From a virus: 64,000 bases of DNA. The first letter of the stretch is position 1. Every line of letters begins with the position of its first letter. This document shows, one piece after another, positions 46,488 through 57,283 of this stretch. The position numbers and the translations under genes were made by a program. The stretch spans positions 1 through 64,000 of IMG/VR virus record IMGVR_UViG_3300040801_001687. One strand, 5' to 3'. The notes beneath the pieces were generated by a model. That model was not told the origin of the DNA and did no database searches. It worked only from the letters and a program-made list of their open reading frames with translations.

Positions 46488-47329
46488 GGAAAGCATCAAT
46501 ACATATTACTTTAGATACTTTGGAATCCATATTAGATAAATGGTTCGACGGAGACACTGATACAGAAGCTCTAGTAGAGTTCATTGCTAAGAGTGGAAAG
46601 TCTAAATCACTTTCTCATAGATTGATACTAGACTCCTTAGATAAGAAAACTGAAAAGAAAGTAAAGAACACTTTAAAATACTCATCCAAATCGGACTCAG
46701 TTCTATTTGCTAACACCTTAATAAATGTTAGAAGAAAACTAAAACATAGGGGTATATCCTTAATAAAGGAATCTTCTAAAGATTGGGAATTTATAAGGCA
46801 GGGTTCAGAATTAGCATTCTCATTCTGTAAAGATTTTAACCTTTCTAAAAAAGAAGGTTTTAAAGTTTATATAGAGAATGCCTTAAGGTTAATGGTTAGA
46901 TTTAACCTTAGACAATTAAACTCTAAACATGAACAGATATGTGAAAGATATGAGGCTATGGATAATATGACCAATGACCCTAATAAAGAAATAACTGAAA
47001 AGGCCTATGAAGTTTATATAGAAAGAGTTTATTCTAAAACTGGTATGGCCCCTAAATATAAAGAGAAACAGCCAGAGAAATATTTAAACTTTATAAAAGT
47101 AGGAGCAACATGTAAGGAGTTGGGTATTAACCCAAAGGATTTTATAGTAGGTAACTTTGAATCTTTAGAATGGACCTCTTCAATCCCTATGCCTGAACAA
47201 CTGGTTACAGATAATGCGGTTAACAGAGTTATCAAATGGGCTGCTGAAAATGAAGTAAGGATAGGTAAAACTTCTACTGTAGATAAATCTAAATCATTAC
47301 AAGATATACTTAAAAAAGCAAGGGGATGA
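46484..47329 (+). CDS. Hypothetical protein in the replication module
   Basis: 281 aa, overlaps both neighbours. Confidence 0.75.
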   Translation: MRKASIHITLDTLESILDKWFDGDTDTEALVEFIAKSGKSKSLSHRLILDSLDKKTEKKVKNTLKYSSKSDSVLFANTLINVRRKLKHRGISLIKESSKDWEFIRQGSELAFSFCKDFNLSKKEGFKVYIENALRLMVRFNLRQLNSKHEQICERYEAMDNMTNDPNKEITEKAYEVYIERVYSKTGMAPKYKEKQPEKYLNFIKVGATCKELGINPKDFIVGNFESLEWTSSIPMPEQLVTDNAVNRVIKWAAENEVRIGKTSTVDKSKSLQDILKKARG

Positions 47330-48759
47330 GATTAATATTAGACAATAACCAATCGAAGATAGAGTGCACAGCTAAAGAACTTATTAAGATAAGGAAGTAT
47401 AATATGTTTTCTTTTAAATCACCAGGTGCTTTCTTCTCTACAGCATTTAGGAAAAGACACTGGGATGGTATGATAAGATTTGTTACAGAAAATGGTTATA
47501 TTCCTACAGGTAAGGTTCCCCAACTATTAGAGTATGTAGATGAAAAAATGGATTCCAGTATTGATATAATTGATACTAGAGAAGATGTAAAGGTAAGAAA
47601 AAAGGTACCCAATAAATTAAAAGATTTAACTTTAAGACCTAACCAAAGAAACTTAATAAAACAAATAGTTGATAATAAGTTAGATGATGGTACTCCATTT
47701 CCAAGGGGTATACTTAAAGCTGCAACCAATGCGGGTAAAACTTTAGTATCTGCTGGAATATATAAAACTATAAAAGAGCCTACTTTATTTTTAATTAATT
47801 CAAAGGACTTATTTCAAGAAGCCCTAATGGAATTACCCAAGTACATGGACGGGGATGAGTTTGGTTGGATAAGTTCTGATAAGGGTATAAAGTGGGCTCC
47901 CTTTATGATAGTAATGGTAAAGACTGGGCTTAATAAGATAGATGAAATCCATAATGATATAGCTAAATATAGAGTTCTTTTAGTTGATGAGTGTGATTTA
48001 TCTACTTCTGATACCTATAAAAACTTTATCAAATATACCTACAGATGTTATTGGAAAATAGGAATGTCGGGTTCAGCCCTTGTGGATAAAAGAAAATCCA
48101 AACTACAAAAGAATGAAACTATAAGGGCTCAATTCGGTGAAGTACTAGGAGAGATAACAAACAAAGAGCAAATAGATAAAGGTTATTCAGCTAAGGTAAT
48201 TGTAAATATTTGGAAAGGAAATACCGAGGTTAAAATAAAAGGTGACTTTCCACAAGAATATTTAAGGGGTATAATTGAGAGTCCCGAAAGAAATAAAAAA
48301 GTTATAAAGAGATTAAAGACTCATATAAGGAAGCAGAGATTACCCATCCTAATTCTAGTAAAGAATCATGCTCATATAAAGAAGTTATTTCCAAAGATAG
48401 AAAAAGTTGCTAGAAAGAATGGATTAAAAGCCGACTGGGTTCACCATAAAAAGAAAGGAAGATTCGATATATCTAAGAAATTTAAGGATGGTAACTTAGA
48501 TATACTTTTGGGTTCTTATATTTTAAAGAGGGGTAAAAACTTTCCACTAATGAGGGCTTTAATAAATGCCTCTGGTGGAGACTCAATGGAAAACACCTTA
48601 CAAATACTGGGTAGAGCAACAAGGGCTCATGAATCAAAGACAAAAACATACCTAGATGATTTTCATGATGAAGGGGTCTATTTAAAAAGACATGCTAACA
48701 GAAGGTACAGAGTATATAGAGATGAAAAACTAAGGGTTATTAGAAGGTATAAAGATTAA
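47326..48759 (+). CDS. Superfamily 2 helicase (UvsW-like)
   Basis: LRPNQ, TNAGKT, DECD, SGS, QILGRATR. Confidence 0.9.
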   Translation: MRLILDNNQSKIECTAKELIKIRKYNMFSFKSPGAFFSTAFRKRHWDGMIRFVTENGYIPTGKVPQLLEYVDEKMDSSIDIIDTREDVKVRKKVPNKLKDLTLRPNQRNLIKQIVDNKLDDGTPFPRGILKAATNAGKTLVSAGIYKTIKEPTLFLINSKDLFQEALMELPKYMDGDEFGWISSDKGIKWAPFMIVMVKTGLNKIDEIHNDIAKYRVLLVDECDLSTSDTYKNFIKYTYRCYWKIGMSGSALVDKRKSKLQKNETIRAQFGEVLGEITNKEQIDKGYSAKVIVNIWKGNTEVKIKGDFPQEYLRGIIESPERNKKVIKRLKTHIRKQRLPILILVKNHAHIKKLFPKIEKVARKNGLKADWVHHKKKGRFDISKKFKDGNLDILLGSYILKRGKNFPLMRALINASGGDSMENTLQILGRATRAHESKTKTYLDDFHDEGVYLKRHANRRYRVYRDEKLRVIRRYKD

Positions 48760-48772
48760 ACTATTATCAGAT

Positions 48773-49237
48773 ATGAAAAGAAAAGCGAGAGATAAAGAAG
48801 TAAAAAATAAACATGATGTTTCCAAACCTATATCTATTGATATATTCGGAACAGAGGACGACCCCTGTTTCGGAAAACACTATTCTGAAAAAGCAGATGA
48901 GTGTAGTATGTGTGGAGATTCAGAATTATGTTTTATAATCAAATCTCAAAAACAACACAAGGTTAGAGAGTTTGAAGAAGAAGAGGCTAATTTTAAAGAT
49001 TTGGAAGAGCCTTTCTTTAATCTAGTTAAGCTAGAGGAATATTTAATTAAGAAACTAAAACCGAATAACAAATTGTTAATTACTTCAGTTTACTCTAAAG
49101 TGAATAAAAGATTTAATAAATTGGGTCAAGTTTCAAAGAAAGAAGTTAAGTCTGCTGTATTAAAGGTAGTTAAGAACTCTAAAAAAATAGTACTTTACAA
49201 AAATAGAGGAGTTAGAAAAATAAAACTTAAACAATGA
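48773..49237 (+). CDS. Putative zinc-binding DNA-binding protein
   Basis: PCFG...ECSMCGDSELC and a basic C-terminal domain. Confidence 0.6.
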   Translation: MKRKARDKEVKNKHDVSKPISIDIFGTEDDPCFGKHYSEKADECSMCGDSELCFIIKSQKQHKVREFEEEEANFKDLEEPFFNLVKLEEYLIKKLKPNNKLLITSVYSKVNKRFNKLGQVSKKEVKSAVLKVVKNSKKIVLYKNRGVRKIKLKQ

Positions 49238-49929
49238 GAAAACAAGATTATTTTCAAAAAGGAGAGATTACTAATGCTATTATAGAGTTATCTAAAATAA
49301 GGGTATACCAAGAAGGTAACTTAAATAGTGAGCTACGGCTTATATTAGAGGCCTTTATAAAAAAGTCAGTAAAATTTAATAACACTTACCAAGAAGCTAT
49401 TGAATTTATTAATAGTGTTAATTTTCTTGAACTGGAGAATCAGGTTAAGGTATTTAATAAGATAAAACAATTAAACCTTCAATTTAAAGCTATTATTATA
49501 GATTTATTTTCAATATTCGGTTTAACTAATAAGAACTCTGATGATTTAATAATACCTATTAAAAAACACCTAGATGGTGCAGGTATAACTTCAACATTCT
49601 ACTTCCCAGGTGATGTATTAAAAACAATGATAACCTATATTAATTACATCCAACTAAATGATGAGAGGACTAGGTTACCCAAAACAAAATTATATAAATT
49701 TGATGTGGGGGATGAACCTTTCGGATTTACTAGGTTAAGTGAAGAGGTGTTAATGATAAATAATGGTTTGTTTTTAGAAATAATTCAATCAGTATACCTT
49801 ATGATTGATAAGGAGGAGCAAGTTGTTTATAAAGAGGATTTAACTGCTGACCTATTATTTAGAATTTCAGAATTTTTAAGCTTTAATGATTTTGATAATT
49901 TAAAACTTTATAACCTAATAAGGAAATGA
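49234..49929 (+). CDS. Hypothetical helical protein
   Basis: 231 aa, coupled to the TS-like genes. Confidence 0.7.
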   Translation: MRKQDYFQKGEITNAIIELSKIRVYQEGNLNSELRLILEAFIKKSVKFNNTYQEAIEFINSVNFLELENQVKVFNKIKQLNLQFKAIIIDLFSIFGLTNKNSDDLIIPIKKHLDGAGITSTFYFPGDVLKTMITYINYIQLNDERTRLPKTKLYKFDVGDEPFGFTRLSEEVLMINNGLFLEIIQSVYLMIDKEEQVVYKEDLTADLLFRISEFLSFNDFDNLKLYNLIRK

Positions 49930-50849
49930 ATAAAATTACAGACAGTGATTCAGGAATAGTAACCACATTAAAATACCCTAATCTACAAAAAGGTTGGGAG
50001 GGTATTAATGAATTTCTATTTTTAGAGGCTGATAGAATAGCTGAAAATTCAGGGGGAGTCCATGGACCAGAGATGGTATCCTATAATAATTTTGTAGTTA
50101 TGGATAAAGCTTGGGTAGACCCTGAGTTTAATTTCGGAAAGGTATTAGGGTATTCAATAGCTAAATGGTCAGCCTTAGTAAATAATTATGTAGACTTTTA
50201 TTACCTTGATTTATTAAGAGCTGAAATAAGCAGAAGAGTTAAATCAAAAGCAAGAGCCTATAACTATACTTACCACTTTGATAATAAACATGGGGGAGGT
50301 AAAGACTGCTTAGTTGCAATCACTTTTACAAAAAGGATGTTCTCAAGGCGACCAGTTGTAGTATTTCAAATAAGAACTTCTGAAGTAACTAAAAGGTTAC
50401 TCTTTGATTTCTTACTAGTACAGAGGATAACAGAGTATATTTATGGACATAATGATGTGGAAGTGCACTTTTTTGCTCCATCCTATTATGTTACACGGGA
50501 ATCATTTGTAATGTATAATAATGTAAAATCAATAAAGAAGCTTTACAAAAACCATATTAGGAAAAATGGTAAACCTTTACCTGATAATCAGAAGTTTCAA
50601 AAGAAAGTAAAAGAAACCTTTAAAGAATACATGAACCACCCTGACCCCATGAGTGTAATGTATAGAGTTAACAGACGCTCAATGATGCAAATCCAAAAGG
50701 ATGAAAATGGGGAACCTATATCAGGTGTTAAAGATTTATTTGCTAAGGATTTAAAACTTAGAGAAGAGAATGATAACTTACCTAAAGATGTAATATCACC
50801 ATCAAAGGTAAGGGGTTATAAAAGAATCCAAAAAAACAAAAAGAAATGA
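49926..50849 (+). CDS. Divergent thymidylate-synthase-fold protein
   Basis: KDCL..ITF corresponds to the PC motif; RTSEVTKRLLFD aligns with RSxD.......N/D. Confidence 0.6.
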   Translation: MNKITDSDSGIVTTLKYPNLQKGWEGINEFLFLEADRIAENSGGVHGPEMVSYNNFVVMDKAWVDPEFNFGKVLGYSIAKWSALVNNYVDFYYLDLLRAEISRRVKSKARAYNYTYHFDNKHGGGKDCLVAITFTKRMFSRRPVVVFQIRTSEVTKRLLFDFLLVQRITEYIYGHNDVEVHFFAPSYYVTRESFVMYNNVKSIKKLYKNHIRKNGKPLPDNQKFQKKVKETFKEYMNHPDPMSVMYRVNRRSMMQIQKDENGEPISGVKDLFAKDLKLREENDNLPKDVISPSKVRGYKRIQKNKKK

Positions 50850-51616
50850 ATACTATAATAAAAAACCAACAGAAACAACTATACCATGTTGGCCAAAAAT
50901 ACTCAGTAGAGAAATGGCAGGGGGTGGATTCACCTGATGATATGATTGAATTGTTAAACCAAAGGGTAGTTATAGATACTTCTTTATTGAAAAATAAGTT
51001 AGAAGAGGAAATAAAACCCCACTTACCTTGGGCTGAACTTCAATTCCAAGAAAGGGTATCGGGTAAACCCTTAAACCCCGGTGAATCTTATAAAGAATGG
51101 CCTTTTTATAAACACAAAAAAGAGGATGATAAATTTAGAAATACAGAAGAAGGCCAATTCAGTCACACCTATATGGAGAGGTTTTGGCCAAAGCAAGCCC
51201 CCATGTTTAATGGTAGAATTAATGCAGATATAAATATAGGTATAAGGTATGGATATGGGGACCTTGATGATTTAATTCAACTACTAATGGACCAACCCCA
51301 TACAAGGCAAGCTTTCTTACCTATCTGGTTTCCCGAAGATTTAAAGGCATCAAATTTAGGTGATAGAGTTCCATGTTCATTGGGTTATGATTTCATTATA
51401 AGAAACAATAGACTTCACATGGTTTATTATATGAGGTCATGCGATGCCCTTAGACATTTTAGAGATGATATTTATATAGCCATTAGGTTGATGCAATGGG
51501 TATGCCAAGAGTTAAATATGTTACATGACATAGATACTGGGATGTTCACTATGTATATTAAGAATTTCCACTGTTTCTATAAAGAAAGAGAAAGTTTACT
51601 ATCAGATAAATTTTAA
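50846..51616 (+). CDS. Thymidylate synthase/dCMP hydroxymethylase family protein with Asp at the specificity position
   Basis: TRQA...IW.P.D, VPCS, MRSCDALRHFRDD, NFH. Confidence 0.88.
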   Translation: MNTIIKNQQKQLYHVGQKYSVEKWQGVDSPDDMIELLNQRVVIDTSLLKNKLEEEIKPHLPWAELQFQERVSGKPLNPGESYKEWPFYKHKKEDDKFRNTEEGQFSHTYMERFWPKQAPMFNGRINADINIGIRYGYGDLDDLIQLLMDQPHTRQAFLPIWFPEDLKASNLGDRVPCSLGYDFIIRNNRLHMVYYMRSCDALRHFRDDIYIAIRLMQWVCQELNMLHDIDTGMFTMYIKNFHCFYKERESLLSDKF

Positions 51617-51641
51617 AAGGAGAGGTAGACTATTAAAAATT

Positions 51642-52082
51642 ATGGAAAGGATTAATAGAAACGAACTTAATTTAAGAATTGCCTACCTTATATCCCAAAG
51701 AGCTACTTGTCAAAGGTTGGGGGTGGGAGCAATAATCACTAGGGATAATCGAATAGTTGCAACGGGTTATAATGGACCGGTTAAAGGTTCTCCTCATTGC
51801 TCTATACTGGGATGTGATACTTCGGAACACTGCCAACATGCAGTTCATGCAGAAGCTAATGCAATTTATTTTGCAGCAAGGTATGGAGTATCACTTGAGG
51901 GGTGTACTTTATATGTAACCCATTCCCCTTGTAGAAAATGTGCAGAGGCTATAGTAAATGCAGGCATAGACTCAGTTATATATGATATACAATTTAGGGA
52001 CACCTCTTCACTTAAATTTTTAACAAGTAATGGGGTAGGAGTTTCACAACATATACTAAATAATAATGAAGAAAAGTTATAA
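51642..52082 (+). CDS. dCMP deaminase
   Basis: RATC....VGA, TGYNG, HAEANAI, SPCRKC. Confidence 0.93.
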   Translation: MERINRNELNLRIAYLISQRATCQRLGVGAIITRDNRIVATGYNGPVKGSPHCSILGCDTSEHCQHAVHAEANAIYFAARYGVSLEGCTLYVTHSPCRKCAEAIVNAGIDSVIYDIQFRDTSSLKFLTSNGVGVSQHILNNNEEKL

Positions 52083-54294
52083 GATAGTTACAACTTTTGC
52101 TGAAATAGAAAATGTAATCAAATGGTGTCAGGAAACTAGATACTGTTCCTTTGATTATGAGACTAGAGCTCATGGACCTTTAGGACCTTCTTATAAAGGA
52201 AAGAATTCAGACAATCCCGCAGGGCCCCAATTTAAAGAAGATAAACCTACAATCCTAGGTATATCTTTTCAAATTGGGTTTGCTTATGTAATACCCCTAT
52301 TTCATTTAGAGTCACCTTTTTCTAATAGAGAGGTATTAAAGATATTCACGATGTTATCTCAAGGTATATTTGAGAATAAAGAAATAATTAAGATAGCCCA
52401 TAACTTTAAATTTGAATACAAATGGTCTACAAGATATGGTTGTAAATTCAATGGTAGAATATTTGATACCATGCTTGCTAAATATTTATTAGATGAGGAA
52501 AGACCACATGGTCTAAAAGATTTAGTAGCTCTTAAATTTCCAGAGTATGCCGAATACGATGATGAGGTAGAGGAATGCGTAAAGAAAGGTGGGGGTTGGC
52601 ATTCAGTTCCTTTAGATACTCTTTCTGAATACTGTGCATTAGATTGCGATATGACCTTAAGGCTAATGATTATACTTGAGGAGAAGCTAATGGATATGGG
52701 TTTTTATTTATTATTTAGAAACATGACTATGATGCAGACCAGGGTATTGGCTGAATCAGAAATTCAGGGTTTTATAATTGATAAGGATTACTTATATGAT
52801 TTGGAAGAGAAAGAGGCTAAGAAGATTGAGGAAACCGAAGAAGCTTTACAAGGGCATAAGAAAATTAGAAAATTCTTAAAACAAAGAAAGAAAGACCACA
52901 TTAAAAAATTAATAGAGAATACTCAAGATGAGATTAGAAAGATAAGGTCAGGGGAAATTGAGTATGCTAATATAGATAGAGCAATACAAAATAGGGAGGA
53001 GAAGGTTAGTAGATACCTAGCAGGAGAGCTAGTGACCAATAAAGAGAAAATTGAAGATAGAGTTAACTTTAATTCTACTCCTCAACTACGAGAGTTATTA
53101 TTTACATCTAAAGCAGGTTTTAAATTTGGTATAGTAAAATATACTTTAGATAAAAAGAAACAACCTACTGAAAACCCTTCAACTGATGAAGATGTATTAT
53201 TAGAACTTGAACTTAAAGATAAGTCGGGTTTTATATCTAACCTTTTAAAGCTTAGGGGTTTAAATAAGATTTATTCTACCTATATAAAAGGGCCAATGAA
53301 AAGGATAAACCATAAAGGTAGACTAAATACTGACTACCTTATACATGGAACGGTAACAGGAAGGCTATCATCAAAGAATCCAAATTTACAAAACATTCCA
53401 AGAGGTACAACTTCTAATATAATCAAAAGGATGTTTATTCCACCTAAAGACCACCTTATTTTAGAAGTCGACTATGGACAGGCAGAATTAAGGGTAGTGG
53501 CTGAAATATCAAATGATAAAACCATGATTGAATTATTTGATAAAGGCTATAATATTCACGTTGCTACTGCTTGTAAAGCTAATGATTGTATAGAAGATTA
53601 TGACCATATAAAGAAGGTTGTACTAAAAGATGAAAACCATCCTGACAATTTATTTTGGACCAAACAAAAGAAAAGGGCTAAGGTTATTAATTTTGGTATT
53701 ATCTATGGACAGACACCTAAAATGCTTGCTGAATCACTATCATTACCTGGGGACCCGGTAACGGAAGAAGAGGCTAGACAATTTAGAGAGGAATGGTTGA
53801 ACTTATACCCAGGTGTTAAGAGATGGTTTAAGAAACAAGAAAGGTTTTTAAAGAAACATGGATACGTTAAAAATATATTTGGAAGAAAGAGAAGGCTTCC
53901 AGGTATATGGGATTCTCAAATAGGAGTACAGAATAAGGCTATAAGGGATTGTATTAATGCTCCTATTCAGGGGGCTTCATCTGATATGACCCAATTCTCA
54001 TCTGTAGTTATAAGGGAGCAGGTTATAAAGAATGAAATTATAATGAGTGATTATGCTGAATTTAGAAACCAATTATACACAGTACATGATTCACTAGGTT
54101 TTTACATACAACCTAAATATATACATACTGTAGTTCCCCAATTAAAGGCAATATGTGAGAATCCACAAACCCAAAAATACTTTGGATTTCAAATGAAAAA
54201 AGTAAGAATGAAAGTATCAGCGGAGATAGGATTAAATTGGGGAGAATTAAAGGACTACAATAAGGAAGAAGATTACCAAAAATGGATTAGTTAA
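52066..54294 (+). CDS. polA: DNA polymerase family A with 3'-5' exonuclease
   Basis: FDYET, AHNFKF, TGRLSS.NPNLQNIP, DYGQAELR, K.INFGIIYG, VHDS. Confidence 0.97.
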   Translation: MKKSYKIVTTFAEIENVIKWCQETRYCSFDYETRAHGPLGPSYKGKNSDNPAGPQFKEDKPTILGISFQIGFAYVIPLFHLESPFSNREVLKIFTMLSQGIFENKEIIKIAHNFKFEYKWSTRYGCKFNGRIFDTMLAKYLLDEERPHGLKDLVALKFPEYAEYDDEVEECVKKGGGWHSVPLDTLSEYCALDCDMTLRLMIILEEKLMDMGFYLLFRNMTMMQTRVLAESEIQGFIIDKDYLYDLEEKEAKKIEETEEALQGHKKIRKFLKQRKKDHIKKLIENTQDEIRKIRSGEIEYANIDRAIQNREEKVSRYLAGELVTNKEKIEDRVNFNSTPQLRELLFTSKAGFKFGIVKYTLDKKKQPTENPSTDEDVLLELELKDKSGFISNLLKLRGLNKIYSTYIKGPMKRINHKGRLNTDYLIHGTVTGRLSSKNPNLQNIPRGTTSNIIKRMFIPPKDHLILEVDYGQAELRVVAEISNDKTMIELFDKGYNIHVATACKANDCIEDYDHIKKVVLKDENHPDNLFWTKQKKRAKVINFGIIYGQTPKMLAESLSLPGDPVTEEEARQFREEWLNLYPGVKRWFKKQERFLKKHGYVKNIFGRKRRLPGIWDSQIGVQNKAIRDCINAPIQGASSDMTQFSSVVIREQVIKNEIIMSDYAEFRNQLYTVHDSLGFYIQPKYIHTVVPQLKAICENPQTQKYFGFQMKKVRMKVSAEIGLNWGELKDYNKEEDYQKWIS

Positions 54295-54312
54295 ACTTTA
54301 AACAATAGAAAA

Positions 54313-54924
54313 ATGAAAATTGCATTTACAGGGAGTTCAGGCTCAGGAAAGACTACACTTGCTACTTGGTTAGCAGAGGAGAAAGATTTAACATTTATAC
54401 CAGGTTCATCAGGTGGATTGAAAACTGATGAGGATAGAAAGTTTTTAAAAGAAAATTTTGGATTTGAAGGGGGTAAAGGCCATGCAAATGTTATACAACA
54501 ATCTCATATTAACCCCGAATTGGGTTACTATATCCAATCTACAGTACGTAGAAGAAGGGCTGAATTAATTAGAAACAACGATGATTTTGTAACTGACAGA
54601 AGCCCTTTAGATAATTGGGTATACTTTATATTACAAGCATCTACTTATCAGAGCCAAGAGAATTGTAATAACTTTCTTGTAAAGGTTACAGAGATGTTTA
54701 AAGATTTGGATGCAGTTATATATGTACCTTCAATGTTTTCTAATATTGAAAACAACGGTTCAAGAGTTTCCAATGTATATTTTCAACAAGCAGTAGATGC
54801 TTATTTTGAATTATGCTTTAGAAATTTCCAAAGAAGTTTAGCTGCTGACTATGGTACTAAATTTTTAAGGATTCCTATGGTAGACCTTCAGTTAAGAAAG
54901 GATTATATCATTAATAACCTTTAA
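54313..54924 (+). CDS. P-loop nucleotide kinase (dNMP kinase-like)
   Basis: GSSGSGKTT, VTDRSPLD. Confidence 0.8.
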   Translation: MKIAFTGSSGSGKTTLATWLAEEKDLTFIPGSSGGLKTDEDRKFLKENFGFEGGKGHANVIQQSHINPELGYYIQSTVRRRRAELIRNNDDFVTDRSPLDNWVYFILQASTYQSQENCNNFLVKVTEMFKDLDAVIYVPSMFSNIENNGSRVSNVYFQQAVDAYFELCFRNFQRSLAADYGTKFLRIPMVDLQLRKDYIINNL

Positions 54925-54938
54925 TACTATTATCCGAT

Positions 54939-55379
54939 ATGGGAAAATTATCAAAATACTCATCAAAATCCTCTATAATGGATGTTAAAATCAAGTACGG
55001 TAAGGAAGTATTTGAATTTAACCTTAATGATGAGTTAAAGATTTCGGATTCTAATAGGGATAATGAGATTAGAAACCATCCAAGAAGTTATGCTTTTCTA
55101 TGTATGTTAAGTGTAAAACTTAAAACTATAGTAAAGGAACTTCACCAAGAATCTAAAAGGGTTTATGCTAAAAGGATGGCTTATCTTAGAGAAAAGGCTC
55201 CTTCAGTTAAAGAAGCTGAAATAAAAATAAGGTATGATAAAAAATACCTTAAGGCTTTAGATGATGTAACTAATGCTGAAGAGTTAAAGGATATAGTTGA
55301 TGTATCAGTAAGGGCCTTTGAAGAAAGGAAAGATTTATTACAAACTTTATCTGCAAATACACGAAGAGAAAATAAATAA
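54939..55379 (+). CDS. UvsY-like recombination mediator
   Basis: Helical, AFEERKDLLQTL C-terminus, located before SSB and RecA. Confidence 0.6.
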   Translation: MGKLSKYSSKSSIMDVKIKYGKEVFEFNLNDELKISDSNRDNEIRNHPRSYAFLCMLSVKLKTIVKELHQESKRVYAKRMAYLREKAPSVKEAEIKIRYDKKYLKALDDVTNAEELKDIVDVSVRAFEERKDLLQTLSANTRRENK

Positions 55380-55400
55380 ACAATTTAAATTTCAAATTTT

Positions 55401-56156
55401 ATGCCAACTAAAGAACAGATTAAAAAATTAAAAGCTAGAAAGAAAAAGCTTAAAGAGAAATCAGAAGGTGGAGCATTTATATTCTTCAAAGCTGATGAGA
55501 CTCAGAGGTTAAGAGTTCTTCCAGTGCCGGAAGATGAGGAGTTTGGTTTAGAAATAATCCAATTCTATTTAGGTAATGATATTAAAGGGGTTATTTCACC
55601 TGCTACTTTTGGAGAGCCTTGTGCAATAATGGAAACCTTTGAAAAATTAAATGCTGGAGATGAGGACGATAAAGAGTTAGCTGCTACATTTAAACCTAAA
55701 TCTAAATACGTAATTCCAGTTGTAAAGTATAAAGATATAAAAGGAAAAGAGGTTGACCATCAAATAGGGGAAAGGTTAGCAATGCTTACATCGGGTCAAT
55801 ACCAAGACCTAGTAGATTACTTTTTAGATGAGGAGAAGGGGGACTTCACTAACCCAAAAACGGGTTATGATATTAAATTTAGTAGAACGGGGTCAGGTCA
55901 ATTTGATACTGAATATTCTACAATGGATTGTAAACCTACTAAATTGGATAAAAAATACATTAAGAAGATTTATGACCCCGAAGAGATGCTCAGAAAAGAG
56001 ATGCCTTCATATGAAGATACCGAAGAGCTTATAAATAAATTCTTAGGGTTAGATGATGAAGATGAATCACTAAAGAAGAAGAAAAAGAAGAAGTCTAGTA
56101 AGAAAACTTCTACTAAAAAGAAATCTTCTAAGAAAAAGAAAAAATCTGACTTATGA
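55401..56156 (+). CDS. Single-stranded DNA-binding protein (gp32-like) with a Lys-rich tail
   Basis: RLRVLP, GYDIKFSRTGSG..DTEY. Confidence 0.75.
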   Translation: MPTKEQIKKLKARKKKLKEKSEGGAFIFFKADETQRLRVLPVPEDEEFGLEIIQFYLGNDIKGVISPATFGEPCAIMETFEKLNAGDEDDKELAATFKPKSKYVIPVVKYKDIKGKEVDHQIGERLAMLTSGQYQDLVDYFLDEEKGDFTNPKTGYDIKFSRTGSGQFDTEYSTMDCKPTKLDKKYIKKIYDPEEMLRKEMPSYEDTEELINKFLGLDDEDESLKKKKKKKSSKKTSTKKKSSKKKKKSDL

Positions 56157-57283
56157 GTTCAAAAGGTATAAAATTACTTTCTGACTCAGCTATTAGGAAA
56201 AAATACCCTAACTCTTATAGAGCGGATACCATTATATCAGAGGAGGAAACTATATGGCTACCCTCAAGTTGTTTACCATTAAATAATCAACTTGGGGGTG
56301 GCATCCCTTACGGAAAAATCCTTGAGTTGTTTGGTTATGAGTCTACTGGGAAATCAATTCTAGCTTTAGATTTTGCTAAATCTACACAGAAGCTTGGGGG
56401 TATAGTTCTTTGGGATGATGCAGAAGGGGCTTTCACTAAATATTGGGCTGAAGCTAATGGAGTAGACCCAAGTATGGTAGAAGTTTATCCTGAAAATGAT
56501 GTAGAAGGTTATTCCGATTGGCAAAGGGATATGATTATTTATCACAGAGCTAAGTTAACTAACAATGAACCCATATTATTAGTATGTGATTCTATTGCTG
56601 CTCTTGAATGCCTTGCTAATATAGATGCTACTCAAACAGATTCTAAAGCTGAAATGGGTAATAGAGCAAAGGCTATATATAAGATGTATAGAATTAGAAA
56701 TAACCTTTATGCTAAATATGGGGTATGTGTTATAATGATTAACCAGGTTAGAGATAAGGTAGGGGCTTCAATGTTTGAAGCAGCAACTACTACACCAGGG
56801 GGTCAGTCTACTAAATTCTATGCTTCACAAAGAGTAGGTTTATCAGGCTCTTCAATGATTAAAGGTAGATTAGTTAAAGGAGAGTTTAAAGAGGATAAAA
56901 CTAAAGGTCACAGAATAGGTAGAAACATATATGTGAAGATTGATAAAAATAAGGTAGCCCCACCTAGGGATAATATTAAAACCCAAGTATACTTTACAAA
57001 TGAAAGGTATGGGTATGTGGGTTATTCAAGATATCATGGGTTAGCTGATATCCTAGTAGAAAAAGGAAAACTTAAAAAGAAGGGTTCTTATTATAAATTG
57101 GATGGAGAGAGTATAGCTCAAGGTGAGGACCAATTTATTAACCTAATGATGGAAGATAAAGACTTTAGAAAGAGGATGATTAAAGCTTCTGGTATAAATA
57201 CTATATCCAAAACAAGAAAAGTTATTAATTCAATTTCTAATAATCTTTATCCGGTAAAACTTAAAGGAGGGGAAGATGAGTAG
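56153..57283 (+). CDS. recA: RecA/UvsX recombinase
   Basis: GGGIP.G...E.FG.ESTGKS, DSIAAL, INQVR, PGG...KFYAS.R, KNKVAPP. Confidence 0.95.
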   Translation: MSSKGIKLLSDSAIRKKYPNSYRADTIISEEETIWLPSSCLPLNNQLGGGIPYGKILELFGYESTGKSILALDFAKSTQKLGGIVLWDDAEGAFTKYWAEANGVDPSMVEVYPENDVEGYSDWQRDMIIYHRAKLTNNEPILLVCDSIAALECLANIDATQTDSKAEMGNRAKAIYKMYRIRNNLYAKYGVCVIMINQVRDKVGASMFEAATTTPGGQSTKFYASQRVGLSGSSMIKGRLVKGEFKEDKTKGHRIGRNIYVKIDKNKVAPPRDNIKTQVYFTNERYGYVGYSRYHGLADILVEKGKLKKKGSYYKLDGESIAQGEDQFINLMMEDKDFRKRMIKASGINTISKTRKVINSISNNLYPVKLKGGEDE

